DNA of 64,000 bases from Candidatus Calditenuis fumarioli (lineage in GTDB: Archaea > Thermoproteota > Nitrososphaeria_A > Caldarchaeales > Calditenuaceae), in the NCBI GenBank assembly GCA_030059665.1, contig JANVYR010000001.1:352001-416000 (forward strand). Reading direction: 5' to 3'. The position numbers and the translations under genes are program-made. Within the stretch, counting starts at the first letter, position 1, and each line of letters starts with the position of its first letter. Under the pieces are notes generated by a model. It was not told the DNA's origin, did not search any database, and saw only the letters and a list, made by a program, of their open reading frames with translations. Below, piece by piece: positions 46,188-55,756 of the stretch.

Positions 46188-47243
46188 TCAGACCGCTGGT
46201 ACCTCGAGCGTGACGCAGTGGATGCCTCCGAGACCGAAGAAAAGCTCCTCCGACCTGATGGGGACCACCTCCCTTCCCCTGAACGCCTCCGCTATCACCT
46301 CAAGGGCCTCCTCGTCCTCGGGCTGACCGAAGGTCGGAACGATCACGTGCCTGTTCGTCACGAGGAAGTTCAGGTACGTGGCCGGGACCTCTGTGCCGAG
46401 AACCCTCACGGGCGACGGCATCGGGACCTTGTAAAACGTGTACTCGTCCTGGTCAGGCTCCCGCAGCCTCTCCTCGAGGACGGCCTGCGCCTCCCTGAGC
46501 ACCGCGTAGTTCGGGCTCTCCCTACGTCTCTCCTCCGCGACGAGCACAGCACCCCCAGGCGCAAGCCTAACGAAGGTGTCGACGTGTCCGTCGGTGTCAT
46601 CACCCGAGATCCCGCGGTCGAGCCAGACGACACGCGTCACGCCGAGGTAGTTCCTGAGGGCGGTCTCGATCCGGGACCTGCTGAAACCGGGGTTCCTCCT
46701 CTTGTCGAGGGCCGCCTGCCTCGTGATCAGCACCTCACCCCTCTCGCCGACCTCTATCATCCCTCCCTCGATGACCAGATTAGCAATGAACCCGATCGCG
46801 GCGGTCGACTCGAGGACCCTGAATCCCGTGGCGTCGTCCCTCTCCAGCTCCTTGTACTTCCCACCCCAGGCGTTGAAGACCCACTTGACGCCGGCCAGGG
46901 TTCCCCTCCCCGTTAGGAAGGTAGGGCCGTAGTCCCTGATCCAGACGTCGACCGCTGGGATCCGGAAGAAGTTGACGCCCTTCGTCCCGTAGAGCTCGCC
47001 GACCATCTTCTCGGCCTCAGCGAGGGAGCTGCTGTTGGGAACTATCACGTTGACCTCCTCCGATGACCTGATGGTCCCGATCAGCCGGACGAAGACCTCC
47101 TTCACCCTCTCGATTATCTCCTCGGGGAAGGTGCCGAGGTTGGCGGGCCACACGGTCCAGACGGCGCTCTGGGCGTGGAACTCAGGAGGCTTCCTGAGCC
47201 CGAGCCTCGAGGGGTAAAGCTGGAGCCTTGCGAGCGAGCTCAT
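46188..47243 (-). CDS. aguA: Agmatine deiminase
   Basis: WIRDYGP, W.FNAWGGKY, EGG, DDTDGHVD, ATYLNF and GGIHCVT (catalytic Cys); start at MSSLAR. Confidence 0.9.
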   Translation of the reverse strand: MSSLARLQLYPSRLGLRKPPEFHAQSAVWTVWPANLGTFPEEIIERVKEVFVRLIGTIRSSEEVNVIVPNSSSLAEAEKMVGELYGTKGVNFFRIPAVDVWIRDYGPTFLTGRGTLAGVKWVFNAWGGKYKELERDDATGFRVLESTAAIGFIANLVIEGGMIEVGERGEVLITRQAALDKRRNPGFSRSRIETALRNYLGVTRVVWLDRGISGDDTDGHVDTFVRLAPGGAVLVAEERRRESPNYAVLREAQAVLEERLREPDQDEYTFYKVPMPSPVRVLGTEVPATYLNFLVTNRHVIVPTFGQPEDEEALEVIAEAFRGREVVPIRSEELFFGLGGIHCVTLEVPAV

Positions 47244-48097
47244 CCGATGACCGACCTGTACAGCTCGGGCCTCCTGCACCTGATAAACCCCCAACTTTCT
47301 CGGACCTGCTGAGATCTGCGCAGATCGACCCGCCTCACCGCGACTCCCTCCTCGTCCACGCCCATCCTGCAGAGAACGTTGCCGAAGGCATCTGTCACGA
47401 ACGACGAACCCCAGAACGCGATCCTGCCCTCGCGACCTGTCCTGTTCACTGCGACGACGGAGATTCCGTTGGCGATCGAGTGGCCCCTCTGGACCGTCTC
47501 CCACGCCTCCCTCCAGTCGCCCTCGGACTGCTCTATCCCGTCAACCCAGCCTATCGCTGTGGGGTAGAAGACGATCTCGGCTTCCTGGAGCGCGAGCGCC
47601 CTCACGGGCTCCGGGAACCACTGATCGAAGCAGATCAGCACGCCGAACTTCACTCCCGCCGCCTCGAAGGGCCTGATGGGGCCGTCTCCCGGAACGAAGT
47701 ACCTCGACTCGTAGTAGCACTCGTCATCAGGGATGTGCGTCTTGCGGTAGGTCCCGATCACCTCGCCAGAGGGACCGATCACCGGTGACGAGTTCCAGTA
47801 CCCGCGCTCCGAACGCTCGATCAGCGAACCTCCGATCACCACCACGCCGTGCCTCCTCGCGGCGTCCGAGAGGGCGGAGACGAAGTGCCCGTACAGCGAG
47901 GAGAACTCCTCCAGGGTCCTCTCGTCGGGGACTGGGTCCTGCGCGACGTACCTGAACGGGAAGAGCTCCGGCAGGCAAACGAACTCCGCGCCCTGCGCTG
48001 CCGCATCTCCTATCAGCTCGACGGCCTTGGTGACGTTCCGTCTGACCTCCGGCTCCATCTTCATCTGGATCAGCCCCACGCTGAGCGTCCTGCTCAA
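47240..48097 (-). CDS. aguB: N-carbamoylputrescine amidase (nitrilase family)
   Basis: Triad motifs CLPELF, YRKTHIPD and ICFDQWFPE; FYPTAIGW; W..VQRGH.IANG; overlaps aguA. Confidence 0.88.
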   Translation of the reverse strand: MSRTLSVGLIQMKMEPEVRRNVTKAVELIGDAAAQGAEFVCLPELFPFRYVAQDPVPDERTLEEFSSLYGHFVSALSDAARRHGVVVIGGSLIERSERGYWNSSPVIGPSGEVIGTYRKTHIPDDECYYESRYFVPGDGPIRPFEAAGVKFGVLICFDQWFPEPVRALALQEAEIVFYPTAIGWVDGIEQSEGDWREAWETVQRGHSIANGISVVAVNRTGREGRIAFWGSSFVTDAFGNVLCRMGVDEEGVAVRRVDLRRSQQVRESWGFIRCRRPELYRSVIG

Positions 48098-48151
48098 GCC
48101 CCCGAGTCGTCTTTGAACTCGCTTATATCTGGGTTCTCGTCATGCATCGCT

Positions 48152-48580
48152 GTGAAAGTAAAGGAGGTGATGCGAAGGCCGGTGGTCACCGTTGGACCGA
48201 AGGACGCGGTATGGCAGGCCCTTGAGGTGATGCGGTCGACCAACATAGGCGCCGTGGTCGTTGCGGAGGGCGAGAGACCCGTCGGCATACTCACCGAGAG
48301 CGACGTAGTCCGTTTGCTGGTGGACCGTGGGATGGGGATCACCGAGCTCCTTTCACTATCGGTGGAGAGCGTGATGAGCAGGCCCGTCACCACCTGCAGT
48401 CCGGACGAGGACCTAATCGAGGTGGTTAACCGGATGGTCGAGCGGAGGGTGAGGAGGCTGCCGGTTGTCGAGGGCGAGAAACTCGTCGGCATCCTGACGG
48501 AGAGGGACCTCCTCCGCGCTTTGCTCGAGCTGCTGAGATCGGCTAGGACTGAGGAAGCTCGACAAGGTACTCGAGCGTGA
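48152..48580 (+). CDS. CBS-pair domain protein
   Basis: VKEVM..PV.TV, GILTESDV, V..VMS.PV.TC and RRLPVVE..KLVGILTERD; GTG start below a TATA box. Confidence 0.9.
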   Translation: MKVKEVMRRPVVTVGPKDAVWQALEVMRSTNIGAVVVAEGERPVGILTESDVVRLLVDRGMGITELLSLSVESVMSRPVTTCSPDEDLIEVVNRMVERRVRRLPVVEGEKLVGILTERDLLRALLELLRSARTEEARQGTRA

Positions 48581-49262
48581 GGTCCGGGAACCTCTCCCTC
48601 AGCGACCTGGCGGTGGAATCCATCACGGCGACCGCGAAGACGCCCACCGGGACCGCACCGGATCGCTCCACGAACCTCAGCAGCGCCTCGACCGTCCTGC
48701 CGCTGCGGACGAAGTCGTCCACGATCAGAACCCTCTCCGAGCGCCTGATGGCCCGCTTCGGAAGGTAAACGTACTCGACGACCGGCGGCGATCTCACGAT
48801 CCGCTCCTCCACGAACTCCGTGTAGACCGGGTCCTTCACCGGCTTCGCGATGACCAGCTGGGCTCCGAGTTCAGATGCCACGTGAACCGCCAGCGGCACC
48901 CCATCGGTTGCGACCGTGAGCACCTTCTCGACCGCGGAGCCAGAGAAGAGGAGGGACGTGTAGAGCCCTACGGTGCGGAGTATCCTCTGGTCCTGGAGAA
49001 TCTGGCTGAGGTCGTAGAGGCCGTCCGGCGTCTTCCTGAGGAGCGACGCGAAGAACTCCGGGAAGTAGTCCTTCCTGGCCAGTTCTATGATCGCCAGAGC
49101 CCGCTCCGTCGTCGGCATCACCTTTCCGTGGACGTATCTGCTCAGGACCGACTGCTGGAGGCCCAGTCTCTCCGCCAGCTCCTTCAGCTGGTACCTCAGC
49201 CTCAATGCCCTCAGGGTCTCGAGGGCGAGCAGCCTCAGCTTGGTCTCGTCGAGCCTCTGCAT
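48543..49262 (-). CDS. HTH-phosphoribosyltransferase fusion (archaeal PurR-like regulator)
   Basis: HTH LKELAERLGLQQSVLSRYVHG...P; PRTase motif VLIVDDFVRSGRT. Confidence 0.85.
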   Translation of the reverse strand: MQRLDETKLRLLALETLRALRLRYQLKELAERLGLQQSVLSRYVHGKVMPTTERALAIIELARKDYFPEFFASLLRKTPDGLYDLSQILQDQRILRTVGLYTSLLFSGSAVEKVLTVATDGVPLAVHVASELGAQLVIAKPVKDPVYTEFVEERIVRSPPVVEYVYLPKRAIRRSERVLIVDDFVRSGRTVEALLRFVERSGAVPVGVFAVAVMDSTARSLRERFPDLTLEYLVELPQS

Positions 49263-49364
49263 CCGGTCTCTGCCCTCCCCCGCACATCCGCCAATTTAGT
49301 CTGATCCCGTCTCGGGGGTGGCTCCGGGGAACGCTCATCAGAGAGGAACGGCTACGGAGTCCGG

Positions 49365-50336
49365 ATGAGGCCCGTATACCGGAGGACGCTCACCTCGATC
49401 GGCAGGAGGTCCTACGCGGTCGTCCTCCCAAAGGAGTGGGTCAGCAAGGTGGGGCTGAATCCCGGCGACTCGATACTGATCGAGGTACAGCACGACAACT
49501 CTCTGCTCCTGCGGCCGATCGCATCCGAACACAGGGCTACACAGCAGGCAGTCAAGGTCATCAGGACAGGAGCCACCCTCAGGAGGGAGATCACCGCCGC
49601 GTACTTGGCCGGTTACGACAGGATCGTGCTGAGGTCCGATGCTCCCCTCTCGAGCGCCGACAGGGAGGTGGTCCGGAGGACCGTCAGGGGTCTCACGGGA
49701 GCGGAGGTGGTATCGGAGAGCAACAACGAGATCGAGATCCAGATCCTCCTGGACACTTCAGCCGTCGAGCCCGAGAAGGTCGCGAGCCGTCAGAACGCGC
49801 TGGTCGCCAACAACATAGAGATCGTCGCCGATGCCATCGACGAGTGGAGCGGTGACAGGGCGAGGGTAGCCATGATGATGGACGAGGAGATCGACCGGCA
49901 CTACTTCACGCTGGTGAGGGCCGTCAGGGCCTACGCGAGGTCCGGACGCCTCCCAACCGTCAGGTTGCTGGACCTCAGGCTGGTCGCGAAGTTCCTGGAG
50001 GACATAGGAGACCGTCTGGTCAGGATCTCCGAGCTGATCGCGTCGAACGGCACATCGAAGCCGCCGGGCGAAGCGCTGAGCTCCGTCGCGGAGAAGGCGA
50101 GGGCCCTCGTCCCAACCCAGAACAGGGCCTTCGAGTCGTTCATGCGCTACGAGGTCGAGCTGGCTGAGGAGGTCATCTCCGAGATCTCGGTCCTGATAGA
50201 TTCCCTATCTTCGCTCGAGAGGATGGAGGGCGTTCAGGTCGACAAAAGGGCCCAGGCGATCGTCAACGAGCTGAAGCGGATAGCCGAGGACCAGATAGAC
50301 ATCGCCGACATAACCACCCCGCTACCCGAGCCCTGA
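49365..50336 (+). CDS. phoU: AbrB-PhoU fusion regulator
   Basis: R.L..IG..SY.V.LPKEW AbrB domain, I.AAYLAGYD, DEEIDRHY and LEDIGD PhoU repeats. Confidence 0.85.
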   Translation: MRPVYRRTLTSIGRRSYAVVLPKEWVSKVGLNPGDSILIEVQHDNSLLLRPIASEHRATQQAVKVIRTGATLRREITAAYLAGYDRIVLRSDAPLSSADREVVRRTVRGLTGAEVVSESNNEIEIQILLDTSAVEPEKVASRQNALVANNIEIVADAIDEWSGDRARVAMMMDEEIDRHYFTLVRAVRAYARSGRLPTVRLLDLRLVAKFLEDIGDRLVRISELIASNGTSKPPGEALSSVAEKARALVPTQNRAFESFMRYEVELAEEVISEISVLIDSLSSLERMEGVQVDKRAQAIVNELKRIAEDQIDIADITTPLPEP

Positions 50337-50339
50337 AGC

Positions 50340-51227
50340 TCAGCCGGTCCCGAACGAGTCGATCTCGATCATCGACCTGCTGACGCCGCCCTTCTCGAGC
50401 TTCTGGAGCATGCCGTCAACGCCCTTTTCCCTGTCGCCAGCGATGAACCTAGCACCGCCGCAGATGCCGTAGTACGCTCCGTCCCAGTCCGGCACCAGCT
50501 CCTTGATGTCGTCGAACACGATGTGCCTCCCCAGCAGCATCCTGACCCGGCCGTTCCGGTCGTCGCCACCGAAGAGCTCCTGCAGTATCTCCTCCTTCGA
50601 GACGTCGTGCTCCCTCGTGAAGTTCACGAGCAGGTGGAGGTCCTTGTACTCGTCCAGCAGCCTCGGGATCAGCCTCCTGTAAATGAAGTCGTTTCTGGTC
50701 CTGTTCACGTACAGCAGATGTATCGAGACCCCGAGCCTCTTGTCGATGGCGTACTCGATGAAGCACTTGAACGGTACTATCCCGCTCGATGCCGCCAGAA
50801 ATACCACCGTTTTCAGCTTGCCCTCGGCTATCATGTTCAGGGCCTTCTTGAGGAACCTGCCGTACGGGCCCTCGATGACGACGAGGTCGCCGATCTTCGC
50901 CAGCTGATGCAAGTAGGGCGCGAAGGTTCCTCCCTCGCTCTTGATCATCAGCTCGAAGTAGCCGTCAGATCTGGTGGGAGAACCGGCGATGGAGTAGAAC
51001 CTGAAGTCTCCCTTCTTCAGGGGAGTGTCGAAGTAGAGCTTGACGTCCTGACCTGGATGGTAATCGAAGATCCTTCTGTCGCCTACGTTCTTGAAGATGT
51101 AGGTCTTCGCCAGCTCCGTCTCCTGGATGACGTCCGTGATCACCATCGGATACTGGTACACCAGCTGGCCGCGTTGGTCGATGACCCTGACCGTACGCCC
51201 GATCGGCTGCTCGATCCCCACGCCCAA
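50340..51227 (-). CDS. Ferredoxin-NADP-reductase-like FAD/NAD(P)-binding oxidoreductase (no Fe-S domain)
   Basis: YHPGQ, RFYSIAGSP, GGTFAPYL, GPYGRF, ASSGIVPF and YGICG. Confidence 0.85.
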   Translation of the reverse strand: MGVGIEQPIGRTVRVIDQRGQLVYQYPMVITDVIQETELAKTYIFKNVGDRRIFDYHPGQDVKLYFDTPLKKGDFRFYSIAGSPTRSDGYFELMIKSEGGTFAPYLHQLAKIGDLVVIEGPYGRFLKKALNMIAEGKLKTVVFLAASSGIVPFKCFIEYAIDKRLGVSIHLLYVNRTRNDFIYRRLIPRLLDEYKDLHLLVNFTREHDVSKEEILQELFGGDDRNGRVRMLLGRHIVFDDIKELVPDWDGAYYGICGGARFIAGDREKGVDGMLQKLEKGGVSRSMIEIDSFGTG

Positions 51228-51376
51228 TGATCACAGCCGCCGGTATTTGATAGTCACAGCCGCCTCGCGGAGAGGCCTGCATGGCAGCGGGGACGCTTTT
51301 TTCGACCGACGCAACCTCCATCATAGCCAATCCTGTTCGTATCACATATATTAGCGCGTTCGGAAAGCCTGTTTCC

Positions 51377-51889
51377 GTGAGCGGGTCCGAACGGAGGACG
51401 GCGACTACTTTTCGGCGCACCTCCTCAACGGTCACGGTCCTGAAAACGATGCTTTTCCCGAGCAGGTACTCGCTAGAGCGGTGGAGTTACACCCTCCAGA
51501 GGATAACGGGCGTCGTGGTCACGCTGTACTTCGTCCTTCACGTCATCGAGACCGGCAACTTCGTCGGCGGCCCCTCGGTCTGGTACGTTCCTCCATACGA
51601 CTACGCCAGAGCTTACTACGAGGAGATCAGAGAGTTCCTTCACAACCCGGTCTTCGACGTCGGACTGGTGATCATCGGATGGATGGTGGCCTTTCACGCG
51701 GTGAACGGTCTGAGGCTCACGCTCGCCCACTTCGGCATAACGCTCGGAAGGCCCTCACGGGTTGAGCCTGAGGCGCCACCGAGGTCGTTCTCGCCGTTCC
51801 AGAGGGCGATCTTCTGGATATCGATAGCCTTGGCGGTCTTCGCGGTGGTCTACAGCCTGAACGCGCTGATGGGGGTGCTCGCGGCGTGA
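51377..51889 (+). CDS. sdhC: Succinate dehydrogenase cytochrome b subunit C
   Basis: ERWSYTLQRITG, LH and FHAVNGLR. The GTG at 51377 is chosen because a TATA-like box lies about 28 nt upstream; the start is uncertain. Confidence 0.82.
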   Translation: MSGSERRTATTFRRTSSTVTVLKTMLFPSRYSLERWSYTLQRITGVVVTLYFVLHVIETGNFVGGPSVWYVPPYDYARAYYEEIREFLHNPVFDVGLVIIGWMVAFHAVNGLRLTLAHFGITLGRPSRVEPEAPPRSFSPFQRAIFWISIALAVFAVVYSLNALMGVLAA

Positions 51890-52257
51890 GCGAGAGGAGG
51901 CTGATGCTGCTCCACTACGTGACAGGCATCGGCATACTTATCACCGGTGCAGTGCACCTCTGGGTGGTCTTCTTCACGGTTCCGCTGGACCAGACGATCT
52001 GGGAGACGACGATGCTCTTCGACAACCACCCGTTCGCGATCCTGAGCGTTTACCGGAACGCGCTCCTGGCCTCGACCCTCTGGCTTCTCCTGGTCTTCAC
52101 GACCTACCACGCTATGAACGGAATCAGGGTGATCCTGATGGAGCTGATCCCGAACAGAAGTTTCGTCTCCGCCATCAAGTGGGTTCTGATCGCGCTTGGA
52201 CTCTTCCTAGTCGTCTACGGAACAAGGACTATCCTGATAGCTTACAACATCCGGTGA
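51886..52257 (+). CDS. sdhD: Succinate dehydrogenase membrane anchor subunit D
   Basis: HYVTG, VH and YHAMNGIR; three TM helices; overlaps the sdhC stop. Confidence 0.8.
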   Translation: MSERRLMLLHYVTGIGILITGAVHLWVVFFTVPLDQTIWETTMLFDNHPFAILSVYRNALLASTLWLLLVFTTYHAMNGIRVILMELIPNRSFVSAIKWVLIALGLFLVVYGTRTILIAYNIR

Positions 52258-52263
52258 TGGGGC

Positions 52264-52974
52264 ATGGAGGGTAAGGTCGTCTTCACGGTCTTCCGCCACG
52301 ACCCCTCTGCTGGCGAGAGACCGAGGTTCGTCAGGTACGAGGTCCCCTACCGAAGCGGCATGACGGTGCTCGACGGGCTGCTGTACATCAAAGAGAGGAT
52401 CGACCACACCCTCGCCATCAGGTACTCGTGCAGGATGGGAATATGCGGCTCCTGCGGGATGAAGGTGAACGGGCTCCCGAGGCTCGCCTGCTTCACCCAG
52501 GTCTCCGAGCTCGGAAGGTCCATCAAGGTCGAACCGCTCCCTAACCACCCCCTGGTGAGGGACCTCGTCACGGACTTCACTGCTTTCTTCTCGAAGCACC
52601 GCGCGGTCAAACCGTGGCTGATCAGGAAGGACGCGGAGGAGCAGGAGAACCCCACGAGGCAGTACCTCCAGAGCGACCAGGAGCTGGAGCGTTACATACA
52701 GTTCTCCTACTGCATATCATGTGGCCTGTGTTACTCCGCCTGCCCCGTGGTTACCGCGCTCCCCGAGTTCCCAGGTCCTCAGGCGCTGGCTTGGCTTTAC
52801 AGGTTCTACGCCGACAGCAGGGATCAGGGAGGTAGGGAGAGGCTTAGGCTCGTCGACGATGCCACTGGGATCTGGCGCTGCCACTTCGCTGGTTCCTGCA
52901 GCCAGGTCTGCCCGAAGGGCGTCGATCCCGCGCTCGCCATCCAGCTGCTGAGGAGGGCAGTCCTCAGGGGATGA
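52264..52974 (+). CDS. sdhB: Succinate dehydrogenase/fumarate reductase iron-sulfur subunit
   Basis: SCRMGICGSC..LAC (2Fe-2S), CISCGLCYSACP (4Fe-4S) and CHFAGSCSQVCP (3Fe-4S). Confidence 0.95.
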   Translation: MEGKVVFTVFRHDPSAGERPRFVRYEVPYRSGMTVLDGLLYIKERIDHTLAIRYSCRMGICGSCGMKVNGLPRLACFTQVSELGRSIKVEPLPNHPLVRDLVTDFTAFFSKHRAVKPWLIRKDAEEQENPTRQYLQSDQELERYIQFSYCISCGLCYSACPVVTALPEFPGPQALAWLYRFYADSRDQGGRERLRLVDDATGIWRCHFAGSCSQVCPKGVDPALAIQLLRRAVLRG

Positions 52975-53143
52975 TCGCATTATCCGGTTGAACTGCAAAC
53001 TTAGCCTAGGCAACTCACAATCACACGATTGGTGATGTAATTTTTGCTGAGGACGAAATAAAAATAACGGCACCCCAACATTTGGAAACCTGAATGAGGT
53101 TGAAATATCACAAAAACCACAACATAATTGACGGGTGGTGGGA

Positions 53144-53692
53144 ATGGTGCTCGAGTTGCTCCTGGACCTGGTGATAGCGGTCGTCCAGCTGATCCTGGCG
53201 GTGGCGCTGGCGCTGTTCAGCATAACGTTGGCGCTGAACGTCCTCGACAGGACTACGAAGGGAATCAACGAGTTCGAGGAACTCAGGAACAAGAACCTCG
53301 CGGTCGGCGTTTACATAGCGGGGATCCTGATCGCGGTCGCCAACGTCATAGGACAGGCCGTCTCCGGAATCAGCAAGTCCGTTGTTCCGGGCCAGTTCAA
53401 CGCCGCTGCCCTCATCGGCGGCCTCATCCAGCTCTTCATCGGCCTGCCGCTGGCGCTTGTCCTGGTGGTCTGGGCGCAGAACAGGGTGTACGGCTGGCTT
53501 GTGAAGGCCGCGGAGAAGATACCCGGCGTGGACATCAAGGAGTTCACCGTTGAGGCCGAGCTGAAGCGGGGGAACGTCGCGATCGCTGTCCTGCTCTTCG
53601 GCACCTTCGTCGCCATCTCCCTCGTCATAAGCCAGGGCATTTCCTTCCTCTCCGAGCCCATAGCCTCGGCGATAACGAGGCTGTTCCGCTGA
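53144..53692 (+). CDS. DUF350-like membrane protein with an internal duplication
   Basis: Two copies of E.EL..(K/G)N.A(V/I)(G/A)V after TM helices. Confidence 0.72.
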   Translation: MVLELLLDLVIAVVQLILAVALALFSITLALNVLDRTTKGINEFEELRNKNLAVGVYIAGILIAVANVIGQAVSGISKSVVPGQFNAAALIGGLIQLFIGLPLALVLVVWAQNRVYGWLVKAAEKIPGVDIKEFTVEAELKRGNVAIAVLLFGTFVAISLVISQGISFLSEPIASAITRLFR

Positions 53693-53893
53693 GCCCCGAA
53701 TCGACTGCAGAGGTCACCCAGGATTTCTTCAGAACCTCGGCATTTTTCATGCATCTCATTCGAGTTAGCGTTCTCCATCCATTTGTCGACGGTCGTGATC
53801 GAGTCTGTTGGGTTCCGGGTTCGGAACGACGAAGAGACTGGACTCGTTCGACATAAAACGCGCTTAAATACCGAGCAGATCCGCGAAATTCCG

Positions 53894-54349
53894 GTGTCGC
53901 ACGTGAAACAGGTCGACATCTCCCACAAGCCGTTTGTGCTCAGGGAGGCCGTCGCCGAGGGGTATCTGCGCCTGAGGCCGGAGACGATTGAGCGGATCAG
54001 AAAGGGGGAGGTTGAGAAGGGCGATCCCCTGCAGCTGGCCCAGCTCGGCGGGATCATCGCCGCGAAGGAGACGCCACGGCTCCTCCCCCTATGTCACCCC
54101 ATCAGGATCGAGTCGGTCAACGTCGAGGTCGCGATCGACGAGGAGAGGTCCGCGGTCCGCGCTAGGGCCACGGTGAGGGCTCTTGAGCAGACGGGCGTCG
54201 AGATGGAGGCGCTCGCGGCCGTCGTTGGAGCGCTGCTGAACGTCTGGGACGCGGTGAAGCAGTACGAGAAGGACGAATCAGGTCAGTATCCAGTCACAGA
54301 GCTGGTGAACGTCAGGGTGGTGAGGAAGGTGAAGAGCGGGGTGGGGTGA
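53894..54349 (+). CDS. moaC: Cyclic pyranopterin monophosphate synthase
   Basis: VDISHK...R.A.A.G, KGD.L..A..GI.AAK.TP.L.PLCHP and GVEMEAL; GTG start about 25 nt below CTTAAATA. Confidence 0.93.
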   Translation: MSHVKQVDISHKPFVLREAVAEGYLRLRPETIERIRKGEVEKGDPLQLAQLGGIIAAKETPRLLPLCHPIRIESVNVEVAIDEERSAVRARATVRALEQTGVEMEALAAVVGALLNVWDAVKQYEKDESGQYPVTELVNVRVVRKVKSGVG

Positions 54350-54353
54350 GCGC

Positions 54354-55145
54354 GTGCCCGATCGCCTTCTGATGCTGGGTACCGGTACGCTGAAACCCGG
54401 CCCTGGAAGGTACGGCGCAGGGGTCCTCCTCGAGGTCCGAGGGAGGAGATTGCTCCTCGACTGCGGCCCGTCCGTGGTCCAGAAGCTCTACAACGCTGGA
54501 ATAGACGCGACGGAGCTCGACGCAATTTTCCTCTCGCACTTCCACGTCGACCACACCTCCGACCTTCCGGACCTCATCTCGTCGCTCGCCGCCGACGCCC
54601 GAGGTTACCCGAGGAGACCGGAGAACCCTGTGAAGCTCATCGGTCCTCCAGGACTCGTGAGGTTCCTGGGAGCGTTGCTGGAGTCTAACCCGTTCTACAG
54701 CTACGTCGCCGAGTGGAACCGGATGCTGCGCCTTGTGGAACCGGTCGAGGTGGATGAGGGCTCCGAGGTGAGGCTGGGGGAGCTGGTCCTCCGCTTCGCT
54801 CCGGTCGACCACCCCAACGGCTTCGCGGTGCGGGTTGATGCAGGCAATATCTCGGTCATCTACTCCGGCGACACGGCCCCGACCCCTTCGGTCGTCAGGC
54901 TGGCCGCAGGCTCCGATTTTCTGGTCCACGAGTGCACCTTCCCCTCGGAGAGGCTGATGGGCCAGCACACATCTGAGCAAGGGCTTGCGGAGGTTGCGTC
55001 CCGGTCATCCCCTCGTACCTTGGTCGTGACGCATCTCTCACCAGCGTGGACCGGTAGGGAGCACGAGATCGTCGATGCCGTGAGGGCGTCCTTCAGGGGC
55101 AGAGTGGTGGTGGCCCGGGACATGCTAGAGATCCCGTTGACCTGA
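54354..55145 (+). CDS. MBL-fold metallohydrolase (RNase Z/AtsA-like)
   Basis: LGTG, LLDCG, SHFHVDH, VDH, YSGDT, LVHECT and THL. Confidence 0.87.
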   Translation: MPDRLLMLGTGTLKPGPGRYGAGVLLEVRGRRLLLDCGPSVVQKLYNAGIDATELDAIFLSHFHVDHTSDLPDLISSLAADARGYPRRPENPVKLIGPPGLVRFLGALLESNPFYSYVAEWNRMLRLVEPVEVDEGSEVRLGELVLRFAPVDHPNGFAVRVDAGNISVIYSGDTAPTPSVVRLAAGSDFLVHECTFPSERLMGQHTSEQGLAEVASRSSPRTLVVTHLSPAWTGREHEIVDAVRASFRGRVVVARDMLEIPLT

Positions 55146-55175
55146 TGCAACGGCCTTCCGTCCCCTCCCACCGCC

Positions 55176-55703
55176 TCACGATCCCTTCACGAGCTCCGGC
55201 AGCCTCACCCCCCTCTGACCCTGGTACCTGCCCTGATAGGGGCGCTCGACCTCCGAGGTCAGCTTCGCGAAGACCACGTGGAGGAAACGCTGTCCGGCGT
55301 AGAGCCTCACCGGGAACTCTCCCCCCACCATCTCGATCGTGAGCTGCCCCTCGAAGTTGGCGTCGATTATCGTGGGCGGTATCGAGAGGCCCAGCCTCGC
55401 GAAGGTGCTCCTGAGGTTGACGAACCCCATCAGGTCCCTCGGCATCGAGATGTACTCGATGGTGTGGAGGAGGACGTGCTCCCTCGGCCCCACGACGAAG
55501 GAATCGCCTCTCTCTATCCGGTAGAAGCCCGAGACGTCGCCGTCCCTCGTGTCGAGGACGGCATCGGTGCTCTTCAGTCGGGCGATCTCGCCGCCTATCC
55601 TCAGGTCCAGGCCGTTCTCCCTGACCGTGTCCTCGAATATCGGCTCGACCCTGAGCCTCCCGCTCCTGATGTAGTTCCACAGGTCGAAGTCCGACAGTAT
55701 CAT
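55176..55703 (-). CDS. dcd: dCTP deaminase
   Basis: [33 protein letters not shown] and Y.GRYQGQ.GV. Confidence 0.92.
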   Translation of the reverse strand: MILSDFDLWNYIRSGRLRVEPIFEDTVRENGLDLRIGGEIARLKSTDAVLDTRDGDVSGFYRIERGDSFVVGPREHVLLHTIEYISMPRDLMGFVNLRSTFARLGLSIPPTIIDANFEGQLTIEMVGGEFPVRLYAGQRFLHVVFAKLTSEVERPYQGRYQGQRGVRLPELVKGS

Positions 55704-55756
55704 CCTTTCAGGTGAAATGAAGGGCAGAACGTAAAAAATCGGCTGGCAGAGCTGGT

